A DNA stretch of 64,000 nt from Octopus sinensis (lineage: Eukaryota). Shown here piece by piece: positions 22,615-34,402 of the stretch (position 1 is the first letter of the stretch; each line of letters begins with the position of its first letter). Under the pieces are notes generated by a model. That model saw nothing but the letters and a program-made list of their open reading frames with translations. It was not told the origin of the DNA and searched no databases. The translations under genes were made by a program, and so were the position numbers. Where the stretch lies: the NCBI RefSeq assembly GCF_006345805.1, contig NC_043010.1, forward strand, positions 67,332,001 through 67,396,000. Reading direction: 5' to 3'.

Positions 22615-23838
22615 ATGTCAATGATGGAGCAAGCTGCAGATGGAGATTTGATGTCTTCTCTGACAACTTCCAATTCTGAAGCATCCGTGGAAGGGAATTT
22701 TACAGAGAGTGAAAAAAGTAGTGCGAAAAATATGAACGAGACTTCGTCAGCTGGAGATGCGGATAAAGAGACAACTGCGATGACCGAAGTTATCGATCCT
22801 CTCACTTGTACTGTTTGTAAAAAATCTTTCAATGATTCTGCCCTCTTGCAAAAACACATTAAAACACATTCAGTAAAGAAACCCTTTGAGTGCGGCATTT
22901 GCTCGAAAGCATATGCTAAGTTTTCACAATTAAAGCTTCATACAAGATCACACACCGGCGAGAAACCGTACAAGTGTGACTATTGCTGTAAATGTTTTGC
23001 CTGCAGTTCAGATTTGCGCATCCATACCAGAACGCACACGGGCGAAAAGCCGTACGAGTGTGGTTACTGCCATCAAACTTTCTCGACCTCTACGAATTTA
23101 AAAACTCATATTAGGCGGCACACGGGCGAAAGACCCTTTCAGTGTGACGTTTGTGGCATTGCATTTACAACCTCATCTTCACTTAAGATCCACACACGAA
23201 TTCACACAGGCGTGAAGCCATTCACCTGTTCAATCTGTCAGAAGATGTTTTCCGACGGTTCCCATCTACAGCGCCATTTACGGACTCACACGTCGGAGAA
23301 ACCTTTTCGTTGTGTCATCTGCGAAAAGAGTTTCTCCACCAGCACACACCTGAAACACCACATTTGGACTCATACAGATCAGAAACCGTTCATGTGTGAC
23401 ATGTGCGACAAATCCTTCCCAGACAATTTCCAGTTGAAGCGTCACATTCAGACTCATTCAAACGAGAGACCGTATCAGTGTTCTGTCTGTCTGAAATCCT
23501 TCTCCACCAGTACCAACCTCCGACGTCACGAGTGGACGCACACCACTGAGAGGCCGTATATATGTGATATCTGTGGTAAATCTTTCTCCACTAACTGTAA
23601 TTTGTTACGCCATACTAAAATACACTCTGACCAAATTCTATCAAATATTAATGTGAAGCAAAGTTCCGCTGCTCTGAGCGAGGACAACAAAGAGACAGCT
23701 GAGGTGAAAGAGGAAGAAAAAGTCGAGTGTTCCATTGATTTGCCACCCACAGTTTCTGAAGATGTTACATCGGATTCACAGGATTTATCTGCTGCATTAA
23801 CAGAAGACTCTCCACTGCTGAAAATTTATTATTGGTAA
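22615..23838 (+). CDS. C2H2 zinc-finger protein ZNF-B, acidic Ser/Thr-rich N-terminus plus 10 tandem fingers (407 aa), single coding exon
   Basis: Ten canonical fingers; acceptor TTTCAG at 22591-22596; in-frame TGA six bases before the ATG, so 22615 is the probable start. Confidence 0.95.
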   Translation: MSMMEQAADGDLMSSLTTSNSEASVEGNFTESEKSSAKNMNETSSAGDADKETTAMTEVIDPLTCTVCKKSFNDSALLQKHIKTHSVKKPFECGICSKAYAKFSQLKLHTRSHTGEKPYKCDYCCKCFACSSDLRIHTRTHTGEKPYECGYCHQTFSTSTNLKTHIRRHTGERPFQCDVCGIAFTTSSSLKIHTRIHTGVKPFTCSICQKMFSDGSHLQRHLRTHTSEKPFRCVICEKSFSTSTHLKHHIWTHTDQKPFMCDMCDKSFPDNFQLKRHIQTHSNERPYQCSVCLKSFSTSTNLRRHEWTHTTERPYICDICGKSFSTNCNLLRHTKIHSDQILSNINVKQSSAALSEDNKETAEVKEEEKVECSIDLPPTVSEDVTSDSQDLSAALTEDSPLLKIYYW

Positions 23839-25693
23839 ACATCATGGTGATTTTTTTTTTTTTTTTTTTTTGTAAAATACTACCTGAATCCAGCTCATCA
23901 AATTACACAGTGAAGTGCTCTGCCTAACCCCTCCATCCCACCACAGTTGGTATACTGTGCAATAGAGAATTAAACAGTTTGTAATGGTCACAGATCTATA
24001 CCAAGGTACTTCTGTTACATCTCTGTTACTAAGAATATCCATTGGTATCCAACCTAACTTCTTGTGTTGTGCAACAATGTTATATAACACTTTGTCACTT
24101 CTCTCTCTCTGCATATATAAAAAGATATATAGATATATATATCTATTTGGAAATGATTGTAAAGAACTCATTTTCTCAGTGTAGCATGAAAACTGATCTG
24201 GCCAAATTTGCAAAAAAGATTAAATATGAGTATTTTGAGAAATACTTCACTTTTTTTTCTTTTTTTTTTTTGTATTTTGTATGTCAGAAATACTTTTTTT
24301 TTTTCCTCAGAATTATGATGAAATTTTCTTATGAGAACGGGTGAATAATTTAAAATGAAGTACTAGTGTAAATCTTACTGCAATACAAATAGTATTACAT
24401 CTTACTAATGTGCAGTGTTACAATCCTGCTGCAACTGTTACAACACTACCTCATGACCATACAGTATTAGAATTCTCTCTAGTTACCATACACCGTAACC
24501 CTCCCTTCCAAGAGAGCATTTATATGGTTGCTTGATCTACTAGAAATAGCAACCAAATCTCCCTCAAATTACACCCTATCATTTTAAGTAAGGAAAGCTC
24601 ACATTAGATAATACAGTCTTATGTATGTCTAAAAAGATGGGATAGTAACACCTGAAATGGTTTTTGATTACAGGTCAGCTTGATCCAGTCTGATCCAGGA
24701 GCTAAACATCATTTACAATCCCTTGCTACTGTAATATAATACCCCTGTATTATTCCTTTTTTTTTTTTTAATAATTTCTATTGACAAACCAATTGAATAA
24801 CATGTCTTAAATAACAACAATAAGGAAGCCGTATCTTTTATATTTTAAATACAAATGACTCTAGTGACTTCACTCTCCAAAACTGGATAGAGCAATTTAT
24901 GCCATCTAAGACTGTTTATAGGGACCTAAGTTAAGGCACCACAGTGAGTTCAATCCTTGTTACATCCATCATACGGTATCTTTATACTAGAAACATTACT
25001 CTGATCAATGCTGGTTGACTGCCTACATTAAAAAAAAAAGACGAAACAAAAAAAAAATTATGCTCCAGTCCTGCATTAAACTGGGATGGTTAGTGATAGA
25101 AAAGCTATCCCAGCTGGTTATAATTCATATATGGAGGTAGCTACTTTGGCAAACATCCAATGGGAAATGAGAAAATGGATATAAGCATTAAAAAAAATTT
25201 TTTTTTTTTTTGTTAAATATATTCAATTTGATACTCTCTCTCTCTCTCTTGAGTTCCAGCTCTGTGAATATACGATTTATACTATTAACTTTGGTATGTC
25301 TTGTTTAAATATTCTATGCAGCTTATGATACTTTCACCTCCAACTCTCCAAGGTATTGACTGAAATGAAAATACGACATGGAAGCAATTTTGACAGATTT
25401 CCCATCTTTTTTTTTTTTTTTTTTTTTACTTTATTTCAATCATCACAGTCGAATATTTTGTTAATGTAAGTGAGAATGGAACAGATTGTCTCTGTCATTC
25501 AAAGAGTATTAGTTTTATCTAATATTAATTGTTATTTTATTTATTTTTGGTACATAAGTTCTATTGGTAACAACCAACATATGGGAAAAAAAATATGCAA
25601 AACTATAAAATATTTCAAAACAAAACCCAAAAAAAGGCAATCTCCGGTTTGTGTATTCATTAATGTATATATTAGATTTATTTGGGACAATGC

Positions 25694-25701
25694 TCACAAA
25701 C
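25694..25701 (-). CDS. Candidate terminal coding exon of the minus-strand gene (..G-L-stop), followed by AT-rich 3' UTR
   Basis: Acceptor CCTGTTTATTTCAG|GTTTGTGA; phase 1 matches the 26161 donor. Confidence 0.45.
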
Positions 25702-26160
25702 CTGAAATAAACAGGAAGGCACCGATTAAAAGCTATCATTTGTAAAAATTGTTAAACGATAATCTAGAACGAAGAATTGTTTTGATATTTTAGTAATATT
25801 TTCTTGAATTATGTCATGTGTTATGTCCCTTTAGGCAAGGTACACTACTCTTCATGTCTTGAAAATATAAAAAAAAAACACCCAAACAATCCATCTTTCT
25901 GTAAACATCAAATATATGGCAATTTTTTGGACTTTGTAAAATTATCCAACTCATAATATTAAAAGGAAATTACATACGGAAAAGGAATAAAATAAAAAAA
26001 AGAGAGGAGTATCATAAAAAAAAATTTTTTTAAAGTTGTTACAATCCTAACATTTCTATTTATCAATGGTTTGACCTATATACATGGAGTAAGGATCTGG
26101 TCAAAATTTGGAAGGGTGCAGAAAAAAAATATCGGAATAAACTTTGCTTCAATGACTCAC

Positions 26161-26245
26161 CTTTTTGTCTTTTCTCTTTCAGCATTTGCATTTCTGTCTT
26201 AATCTTTTCTATGAGTGAAAGAACCAATTCCGTAGCTTTTTTCTG
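26161..26245 (-). CDS. Internal exon of the minus-strand gene: QKKATELVLSLIEKIKTEMQMLKEKRQK (coiled-coil-like)
   Basis: Acceptor TTTTTCCTTTCCAG|CAG, donor AAG|GTGAGT; 85 nt; phase 0 start matches the 28436 donor. Confidence 0.75.
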
Positions 26246-26474
26246 CTGGAAAGGAAAAACTTTGATGTACATGCATGTATGACTATAGACATAAATGTAT
26301 ATAGATAGATATACATACCTGTAGCAGTATAGCTCCTGTGTTTTTTTTTTAATGTGGAATTCGTGCAAACCATGTATTGTGTTATTAACCAGATGTACAA
26401 TAAAGCTATGTAATGTTTTATATATTACATACTACTTGATAATGTTTTTTATTTTATTTTATTTTCATTAATAT

Positions 26475-26760
26475 AAATATTAATTCGAGGAGCACAACTA
26501 TTCAACTCCATTCCGGTACATGTCAGAAATCTATCAGGATGCAGTGTGGAATCATTCAAATTGCAGCTGGATAGATACTTAAGCACCATTAGAGATGAAC
26601 CCCATCTCCCAGGATATACACAACAAGCACAAACTGACTCAAACTCGCTCCTACACATGTCAAAATTAAACAAAGAATACAACCTGGCAACCACACCAGA
26701 CTCTGAGGGTGGAGTCTTCGACTTGGCCTGAGCATGGACTCAAACTCAAATGAAATGAAA
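26475..26760 (+). mobile_element. LINE 3' end (CR1/L2-group-like) with (TGAAA)n tail
   Basis: LFNSIPVHVRNLSGCSVESFKLQLDRYLSTIRDEP...GY...SNSL, an FKxxLD-type ORF2 terminus. Confidence 0.75.
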
Positions 26761-26764
26761 TATA

Positions 26765-27180
26765 TACTCTTTTATTCTTTTACTTGTTTCAGTCATTTGG
26801 CTGTGGCCATGCTGGAGCACCGCCTTTAGTCGAGCAAATCGACCCCAGGACTTATTCTTTGTAAGCCTAGTACTTATTCTATCGGTCTCTTTTGCCGAAC
26901 CGCTAGGTTACGGGGACGTAAACACACCGGCATCGGTTGTCAAGTGATGTTGGCGGGGACAAACACAGACACACAAACATATACACACACATACATACAT
27001 ACATATATATATATACATATATACGATAGGCTTCTTTCAGTTTCTGTCTACCAAATCCACTCACAAGGCTTTGGTTGGCCCGAGGCTATAGTAGAAGACA
27101 CTTGCCCAAGGTGCCATGCAGTGGGACTTGAACCCAGAACCATGTGGTTGGTAAGCAATCTATTTACCACACAGCCGGGC
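26765..27180 (-). mobile_element. tRNA-headed SINE family 2, best-preserved copy
   Basis: Minus head GGCTGTGTGGTAAATAG...GGTTCAAGTCCCAC, internal microsatellite, (AAGAGT/AAGAAT) tail. Confidence 0.88.
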
Positions 27181-27769
27181 ATTTTTTTATGATTTTTTTT
27201 TTTTGTAACTTTACACTTTCTGTTAATCTTTTATCTTTTATTTGTTTCAGTCATTAGACTGTGGCCATGCTGGGGCACTACTTTGAAGAATTTTTAGCCA
27301 AATGAATCAACCCCAGTACTTACTTTGTGTTAAGCTTAGTACTTATTTTATCAGTTCTTTTTGCCAAATTGCTAAGTTATGGGATGTAAACACACCAGCA
27401 TCAGTTGTCAAGTGGTGGTGGAGGACAAACACAAAAACACACACACACATATATATATAGGCGCATGGCTTAGTGGTTAAGGTGATGCACTCATGACTGA
27501 GATTGTGGGTTCGATTCCCAGACCGGGTATCGCGTTATGTTCTTGAGCAAAGCATATCATTTCAACATTTGACATGTGACACCCAGCTGTACCTGTACAG
27601 GTAATGTCAATCTGATGGAGGGAGTGAGCTTATGTGTACACACATTTGATCATTATGAACAAATCATCTGTGTGGTTGTTTGGTAAGAAATTATCAAACC
27701 CTTGTACGTTGTCTAACAATGTGAGAGTCCATCATATATGTGTATATATATATTATATATATATATATA

Positions 27770-28100
27770 TCATCATCATCATCGTTTAACGTCCGTTTTC
27801 CGCACTAGCATGGGTTGGACAGTTCGACCGGGGTCTGGGAAGCCAGGGGCTGCACCAGGCTCCAGTCTGATCTGGCAGTGTTTCTACAGCTGGATGCCCT
27901 TCCTAACGCCAACCACTCCGCGAGTGTAGTGGGTGCTTTTTACGTGCCACCTGCACAGGTGCCAGGGGGGTCTGGCATCGGCCACTATCGGTTGGTGCTT
28001 TTAACGTGCCACCAGCACGGAAGCCAAGGCGGCGCTGGCATCGGCCACGTTCGGATGGTGCTTTTTATGTGCCACTGGCACAGATATCACAACTACTATT
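27770..28100 (-). mobile_element. RTE-related 3' UTR fragment with three tandem modules
   Basis: Same family as 5755-6080. Confidence 0.8.
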
Positions 28101-28435
28101 ATATATATATATATACTTATGATGTTAATGCTTGACTATTTCATCCAAGCTGAGAAAAAAATAACATTTTAAAATGGAATTTTCATACATATTAAGGTTT
28201 GTATAGCAATCACAATCACTTATTGATTATATTGATTCTGTGGTCCACTTCCAATGAATCACTTGTTTATAATTACCATACTTACTGGGTTAAATTGCTT
28301 GGGTGAAAGAAATAAGTATTTAATTCATTTATGCAGATGCCTTACAATGAATTATAGGCCTAAGTTCAAATCTTACTGGAATCAGCTATACCTTTTATCT
28401 CTTTTCATATGAATGAAATAACCCCATTAGTACAC

Positions 28436-29845
28436 CTTTTCCCTACTCTCCAAAAAGGACTTCATACTTGAGCAAGAAGTAAAAAAATTATCTATGTTTA
28501 CCTCTTTTGTTTTCTTTGTATTATCCTTCATCCTTCTTACTCTGCTCGGAATCTTTTTTTTCACTGGAGACGAGTTGTACTCAAAGATATTTATTGGTAT
28601 ATCCTGCTCTTGGAATGTAGATGATGGATAATCAAGTTCTGATGCATCTTCTGGTTCCTTACTATTTGTGGTATCTTTTGATTCAGACACAGAATCACAT
28701 TTTTTTACAGATCTGCCAACTTTTGTATTGTTCTGCTTCAAAGCAAAACAAGGATGGTGTTTAGCTGTTGCTTCCGCTTGAGGCTGGTCATGTATTTTGT
28801 CACCCAAGGATGGATGAGTTTCGCTTCTAATTGGAAATGTCCAAGATTTGTTGCGTTTTTGTTTATTTATGTTAGAATCTGACTTATTTTTGCTGTGTTG
28901 AAAATTGGGTTTATTGCTGAGAGAATTACCATTATTATTTTGTGATCGTCTTGGATCAACAAATTTTCTGGTTGTATTTTCAATGTCTTGTTTTGGTTTG
29001 GTTGATTGATTTCTTTTCAGCTTTAGCTTATTAAATGTCTTACCATTTACAGTTCCACTTTTACCATTATCACAATCCGTTTCTTTTGTCGGCTTACCTG
29101 AATCAATCGGCTTGCCACTTATCATGCTGCCATTTCTATTACCTGGCTGGTTCAACAACTGATTGTCTCTAGACTTACGGTTTCTATTTTTACCTGAGTT
29201 GTTGTCATTATTTGATGGCCGCTGTGAAACTATCACATCCAGATTATCATATGCTTGGCTCATACAGCTGTTTGTCTCACACAAACTTTGATCATCTTCC
29301 AAAGCTGAAGCAAAAATCTTTCCTGTTTCTGACTGAATAAGTTTTTGCTCCTTTGTTAAGCCATTCAGTGGTATTTGCCCATTTTGTCTTTGGAAATTGT
29401 CTCCTTCAGGGCTAGAAGCTATGTTTTTCCTAGAGAATATAGTTTCTTTGTTTTTATTCTGCACAGATATTTCACTGATCTTTTTACTCTTGGCTGTGTT
29501 GTCCGAGTGATTTTTGAGAAGCTCATTTGAAGAGCTTAGCTGATTTTTATTATTTCTTTTTATTTGGTTTTGGGTTCTCCTTGGAATTTTATATTTGGGA
29601 GCCTTGGGTGACAAAGTGACATTCTTATTAGATTTCCTCTTCTTCGTCACTGGTGATACATTATGTCGCAGATTGATGCTGTAAACCCGAGATCCCGCAT
29701 TTCTTACTGCTGCTTCAGAAGACACTTCATTTTCAGAACTGCTTGTGTTTTGAGTTGATAAATTAAATGTACGTTGGCCCAAGTCACATATCAGTATTCT
29801 CTTTTTCGAAGATTTCAGAATTGTCTTTCTTGACATTGTCCACTT
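28436..29845 (-). CDS. Large exon of an unidentified minus-strand gene: basic, Ser/Asn/Lys-rich, probably disordered
   Basis: 469-codon stop-free ORF in AT-rich, non-repetitive DNA; putative acceptor TTCAAG| (in frame, KWTM..) and donor AAG|GTGTAC after ...FLESREK. The ATG at 29836 is an alternative start. Confidence 0.8.
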
Positions 29846-30177
29846 CTTGAAGCCATAAATAGAGATAAAAGAATATTATTTTCCAGCACCATATTTCATC
29901 GCATATAAGACACACTTTTCTAACAGTTTTTTTTTTTTTAATCACTTTAGGCCCTATATGTGAAGTATAATGTTCTAAAAACTATTGTTCTGGAATATGT
30001 CCTGCTGAAATTTGAGTGCATCTAATACGTTTGTGTGCCTATTATTTCATCAAGTATGGGGTATATTTTCATATAATCTCCCTTAAATACAAACTTATTA
30101 CTGGTTCAAATATACTTGAAGCATACTTGAACCCGTAAGGCCTTTCATTGTATTTTGTCATAGAGAAAAGTTCTCAC

Positions 30178-30234
30178 CGTAGACAGATTGGTGTAGATAC
30201 ACCAAGTCAGTTCATATGGTGCGTTTAGTCCTTC
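30178..30234 (-). CDS. Candidate 57-nt exon EGLNAPYELTWCIYTNLST
   Basis: Acceptor TTTCTCACTGTAG|, donor ACG|GTGAGA; only frame 0 is open and it joins the large exon in frame. Confidence 0.6.
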
Positions 30235-31528
30235 CTACAGTGAGAAATTCCCTCCATGGCAAAATAATGAATGGCTTTGTTACACATTTGGATATGCCGC
30301 AAATTTATTTGAACTTGTAACAAGTTTATATTTATACACACATCACTGCTTAGAGCTTTATTCAGTAAAGTATCTCCTAATACATAGATCTGTTAGTACA
30401 CTACTAGGAACATTGAATCCATTCATTCAAGAGACAAAAAATGGTTCCCTATTGTTTTCTCTAACCCTGTGGGAAGATTTAAGCTCAAGACAGTAAGGTA
30501 ATAAAACAACAAACAGGTACCATCAGGAGACAATTCTGTTTTGTAATGGTAAACTGTGAAAGTTGTCTCTATTTGCCAAGTAAACTGACTCATACAGAGT
30601 TGAGTATCTTTGCCAGAATACAATACAATGATTATAATGGGCCACAAGCCACTAATCTTTCAGCCAGCAGAGATTCTTTTTTCAAATGAAAGCCATATTA
30701 GTAATTATACAATGTGTATCTTTCTGAAAATAACAATTCTAAAAGTATTCAGAAACTTTCTGGCATTGTTGATAGCTGTGATAAGAATGGAAGTCTATTG
30801 TTCTTAGTAGTTGTTGGAACAGAATTTGAGGGAAATCCAGCCATCGTTTCTAGCTGGTCAAGCAATCAAGTGTAGATTTCCTCAATTCATTGTGAGATGT
30901 TTAGTCTGATTAAACAGACCTATGATCAAAGGATTTCCTGTCATGACCATCCCGACTTTTTAGGAGATAGGATTGTATTATCTAATGGGTACTTTTATGG
31001 TGGTGGGATAGTATTTGAAGGAGTTTTGACTGCTGATTCTTGCAGCTCAAACAACCATACAGAAATTCACTTGTTGACTTATTCTAATTACCAGATTACC
31101 CTTGATTGGGGATATAATGATTTGTTAAAGATCGAACATGCATTAATTTGCATTAGGTTGTTGGATTAAGTCTATCTACATTAATGGTTTTCAGCTGAGT
31201 TTCACATGATTTTTGGAGGTCCTTATATGATTTAGTTGTTAAAAATTATCTGCAATAAATCAGTTATATTTCTACATGGCAGAATACTCAGTCAGTATGT
31301 GAGGGGTATGGGTTCAAGTCCCATAGCCATCTGCTGGCAACTAAAATTTTAAAAGGTGCAGTCATGGCTGTGTGGTAAGAAGCTTACTTCCCAACCATGA
31401 TTCCAGGTTCAGTCCCACTGCATAGCACTTTGGACAAGTGTCTTTTGCTATAGCCTCAGGCCGACCGAAGCTTTGTGAGTGGATTTGGTAGACGGAAACT
31501 GAAAGAAGCCTGTCATGTATATACACAC

Positions 31529-31690
31529 TTTATTATGAAAGCTGCAAAATCATCACAAAAATATTACAAAATACCCGTTCATGGGGCAGTTGTGGTCCAG
31601 AATAGATTTATTGCAGATGAACAGGAATGTGAAACCCTGAGCAGCAGTTTTTTGTAATATTTTTGTGATGGCTTTGCAGGTTTTAATAAA
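31529..31690. repeat. ~42 bp inverted repeats around a ~78 bp spacer (MITE-like), inserted in a family 2 SINE
   Basis: CTGCAAAATCATCACAAAAATATTACAAAA versus reverse complement of TTTTGTAATATTTTTGTGATGGCTTTGCAG. Confidence 0.7.
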
Positions 31691-32968
31691 ACATATTACT
31701 CTACCTCTGGTATTCGAGTACTATTTTTTCCAACCTTGTTTCACATTTATTTGCTTACTCGAGTATATATACATACATATATGTATATATCTATGTGTGT
31801 TTGTGTTTGTCCCGCCATCACCACTTGATAGCCAGTGTTGGGGTGTTTATGTCCCTGTAACTTAGCAGTTCAGCAAAAGAGGCCGATAGAATAACTACTA
31901 GGCTTAAAAAAGTTCTGGGGTTCATTGTTTGACTAAAACCCTTCAAGGTGGTGTTCCAGCATGGCTACTGTAAAAAAATAAACTATTTAAAAAATGTTTT
32001 TATACAATTCCTAATAATATTTGATTATAAAAATATAATGGGATTTTTTCAAAACATTAAATAAAATGGGAATCAAAGGGGTCCCTAGAGAAAAACAATG
32101 GTTGAAAACCACTGATCTACATTGAACAATATTGTGAAATAATCAATGACTATGACATAGATACACAAGATAGATATATCAATGCTTTATTTTGTTGAAT
32201 GTTTTTTATGGGTCATCCTTTTTTTTCTTTTATACCTTAATCCTTGTCTCCTAGTGTAAATCTCCACTCTGGTTTTGGAGTCCTGTGGAGCTGTATGGCA
32301 GCCTTATTAGTGCTGGTGGCACGAAAAAAGCACCCAGTACACTGTAAAGTGTTTTACATTAGGAAGGGCATCTTGTCATAGAAACCATGCCAAAGTAGAC
32401 ATTGGGCAACAATGCAGTCCTTGTATCCATCAGATTCTGTCATACCATCCAACCCATGCCAGTATAGAACAAGGCCGTTAAATGAAGAAGTCTAGAGAAA
32501 GGGGCTGTAATCATGGAGTTCATAGACCCTCCAAAACCAGTGAGACTAATGGGGTTAAGTTTTTTCTTGAAATGTTTCAAGTCAATGACTGCGAAAAAGG
32601 GATTCCAAAGTGACATTGTCTTGAGGAGGAAGGACAAGACCTAGTGGCTTGTGCAGAGTTTGTGGGGTGTACAAAATATAAGTTAAGTTACCATAGCATC
32701 ATTTTTTTGAGAATTCATATTTAAAAAAAAAAGGAGACTATGACCTTGATGTTGGATTAACATAACCGTAAGCTTAAAATCGAACAGATTTACCATCAGG
32801 TAAATCTGTTTGATTTTTTAAATTTGACATAATCTGAGTTCAAACTGGTGAAAGCTAAGTTGGTTTTTGCATATTATATTTTACTTTTAATTTAATTTAA
32901 TATGAAAAGATTGATTATAGTAAGAACGGTCAGGGTGGGCCTGAGTGGAAGTGGTATTAAGGAAGCCA

Positions 32969-33200
32969 AGGTGGCAAGCTGGCAGAAACGTTAGCACGCC
33001 GGGCGAAATGCTGAGCGGTATTTCGTCTGCAGTTACGTTCTGAGTTCAAATTCCACTGAGGTCGACTTTGCCTTTCATCTTTTCGGGGTCGATTAAATAA
33101 GTACCAGTTACACAGTGGGTCAATGTAATCAACTTAATCCATTTTCTGTCCTTGTTTGTCCCCTCTGTGTTTAGCCCCTTGTGGGTAGTAAAGAAATAGA
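32969..33200 (+). mobile_element. SINE family 1, full length
   Basis: 14 bp TSD TATTAAGGAAGCCA at 32955-32968 and 33201-33214. Confidence 0.9.
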
Positions 33201-34392
33201 TATTAAGGAAGCCAGTTCCAAGAGAGATAGGCCCCTGTAGTGTTTTGCAAAATAATATAAAAAAGAATTGTGATGTGTCTTTTTAAATGGCTCTCATAGT
33301 TTGACCACAGTTTAATTGTTTCAATTTCTATACAAAATTTTTGGAGTCACTTGCCAAACAAGCATAAGACCAAAATCGATTTAAATCTTTCTCTTCATAA
33401 TTCAATAGTGTGCTTTGACAATTCTTTCATTCTTTGAAATTTGCCTAATTGTCTAATTTTTCTCTCAACTAATGAAACGATAAATAACTGATAAGCTATA
33501 TATTTCACAACATACAGTAAAATAAATTATGTTGTATCTAGGGAGGTTCATTATGCCAATAAACACACACACACACTGATTCTCTTTTACTACCTTTATT
33601 ATTATTAGTCACTTGGTTAACCAATTAACTAATTAATTGTTTGATTAGTCATTCAGTGTCAATGATGGCACATGGCTCAGTTGTTAGAGCATTGGGCTTA
33701 CAATCATGAGGTAGTGAGTTCGATACACGGACCAGGCTGTGAGTTGTGTTTTAGGGACCAATAAAATAAGTACCAGGCTTTAAAAAACAGTCCTGGCGTT
33801 GATTTGTTTTCACTAAAACCCTTCAAGTTGGTGGCACAGCATAGCTACAGTCAATTGACTGAAACAAGTGAAAAAGAATTAGCAACTTTTAAAGAATAGG
33901 GGAGAGAATTTACCCCCAAAAATATTTTCATAATTCCTTAAAATTATCTCCCTTGTTTGCCGTTGAGGGTTTTCGTTTTCCTCTTCCCCATTAATTGGAG
34001 GCAAATTAGGGTTTACTGAAAATTGTTTTGAATACATCATTCAGCACATCACCATCAATTCTTGTATAGAACTGTGTGCTTCACAGTTCCAGTGATGCCG
34101 TGTTTGGCTGTTGTGTGCATGCTCACATGTCTGAGACAGGAAGCTTCATGCAATGCCAGTGAAAGACAGTGTTTCTTTTTAACTCCGTGTGTGTTGTGCT
34201 TAAAAACCTATTTATATTCTTGAATGTGATAAAGTGTAGAATTAGATTATTATCCTGCTTCCAGCTTCAGTGTTGCTTCAAGGATTTGAAAAATAGGGCA
34301 CATTTTCCCCACTTATTTTGTGATTTGGGGGGATTTTGGAAAAACAAGGGGGAATTTGTGGCGGTGTTCAGTGACCAATTTAAACACACTAC

Positions 34393-34402
34393 CTGGCAGT
34401 AG
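34393..34402 (-). CDS. Possible 10-nt microexon (CTACTGCCAG)
   Basis: TTTGTGTTTTAG| ... CAG|GTAGTG; converts phase 2 (37546 donor) to phase 0 (30234 acceptor). Weak. Confidence 0.25.

Noticed and set aside
25240-25372. Minus-strand exon with a YLGELEV (PTB-like) peptide
   Set aside because: That frame is incompatible with the phase 1 donor at 26161 and closes quickly; similarity too short.
27460-27530. tRNA gene (also at 20455, 33670 and 43600)
   Set aside because: Only A/B-box-like SINE heads continuing into SINE bodies; no full cloverleaf.
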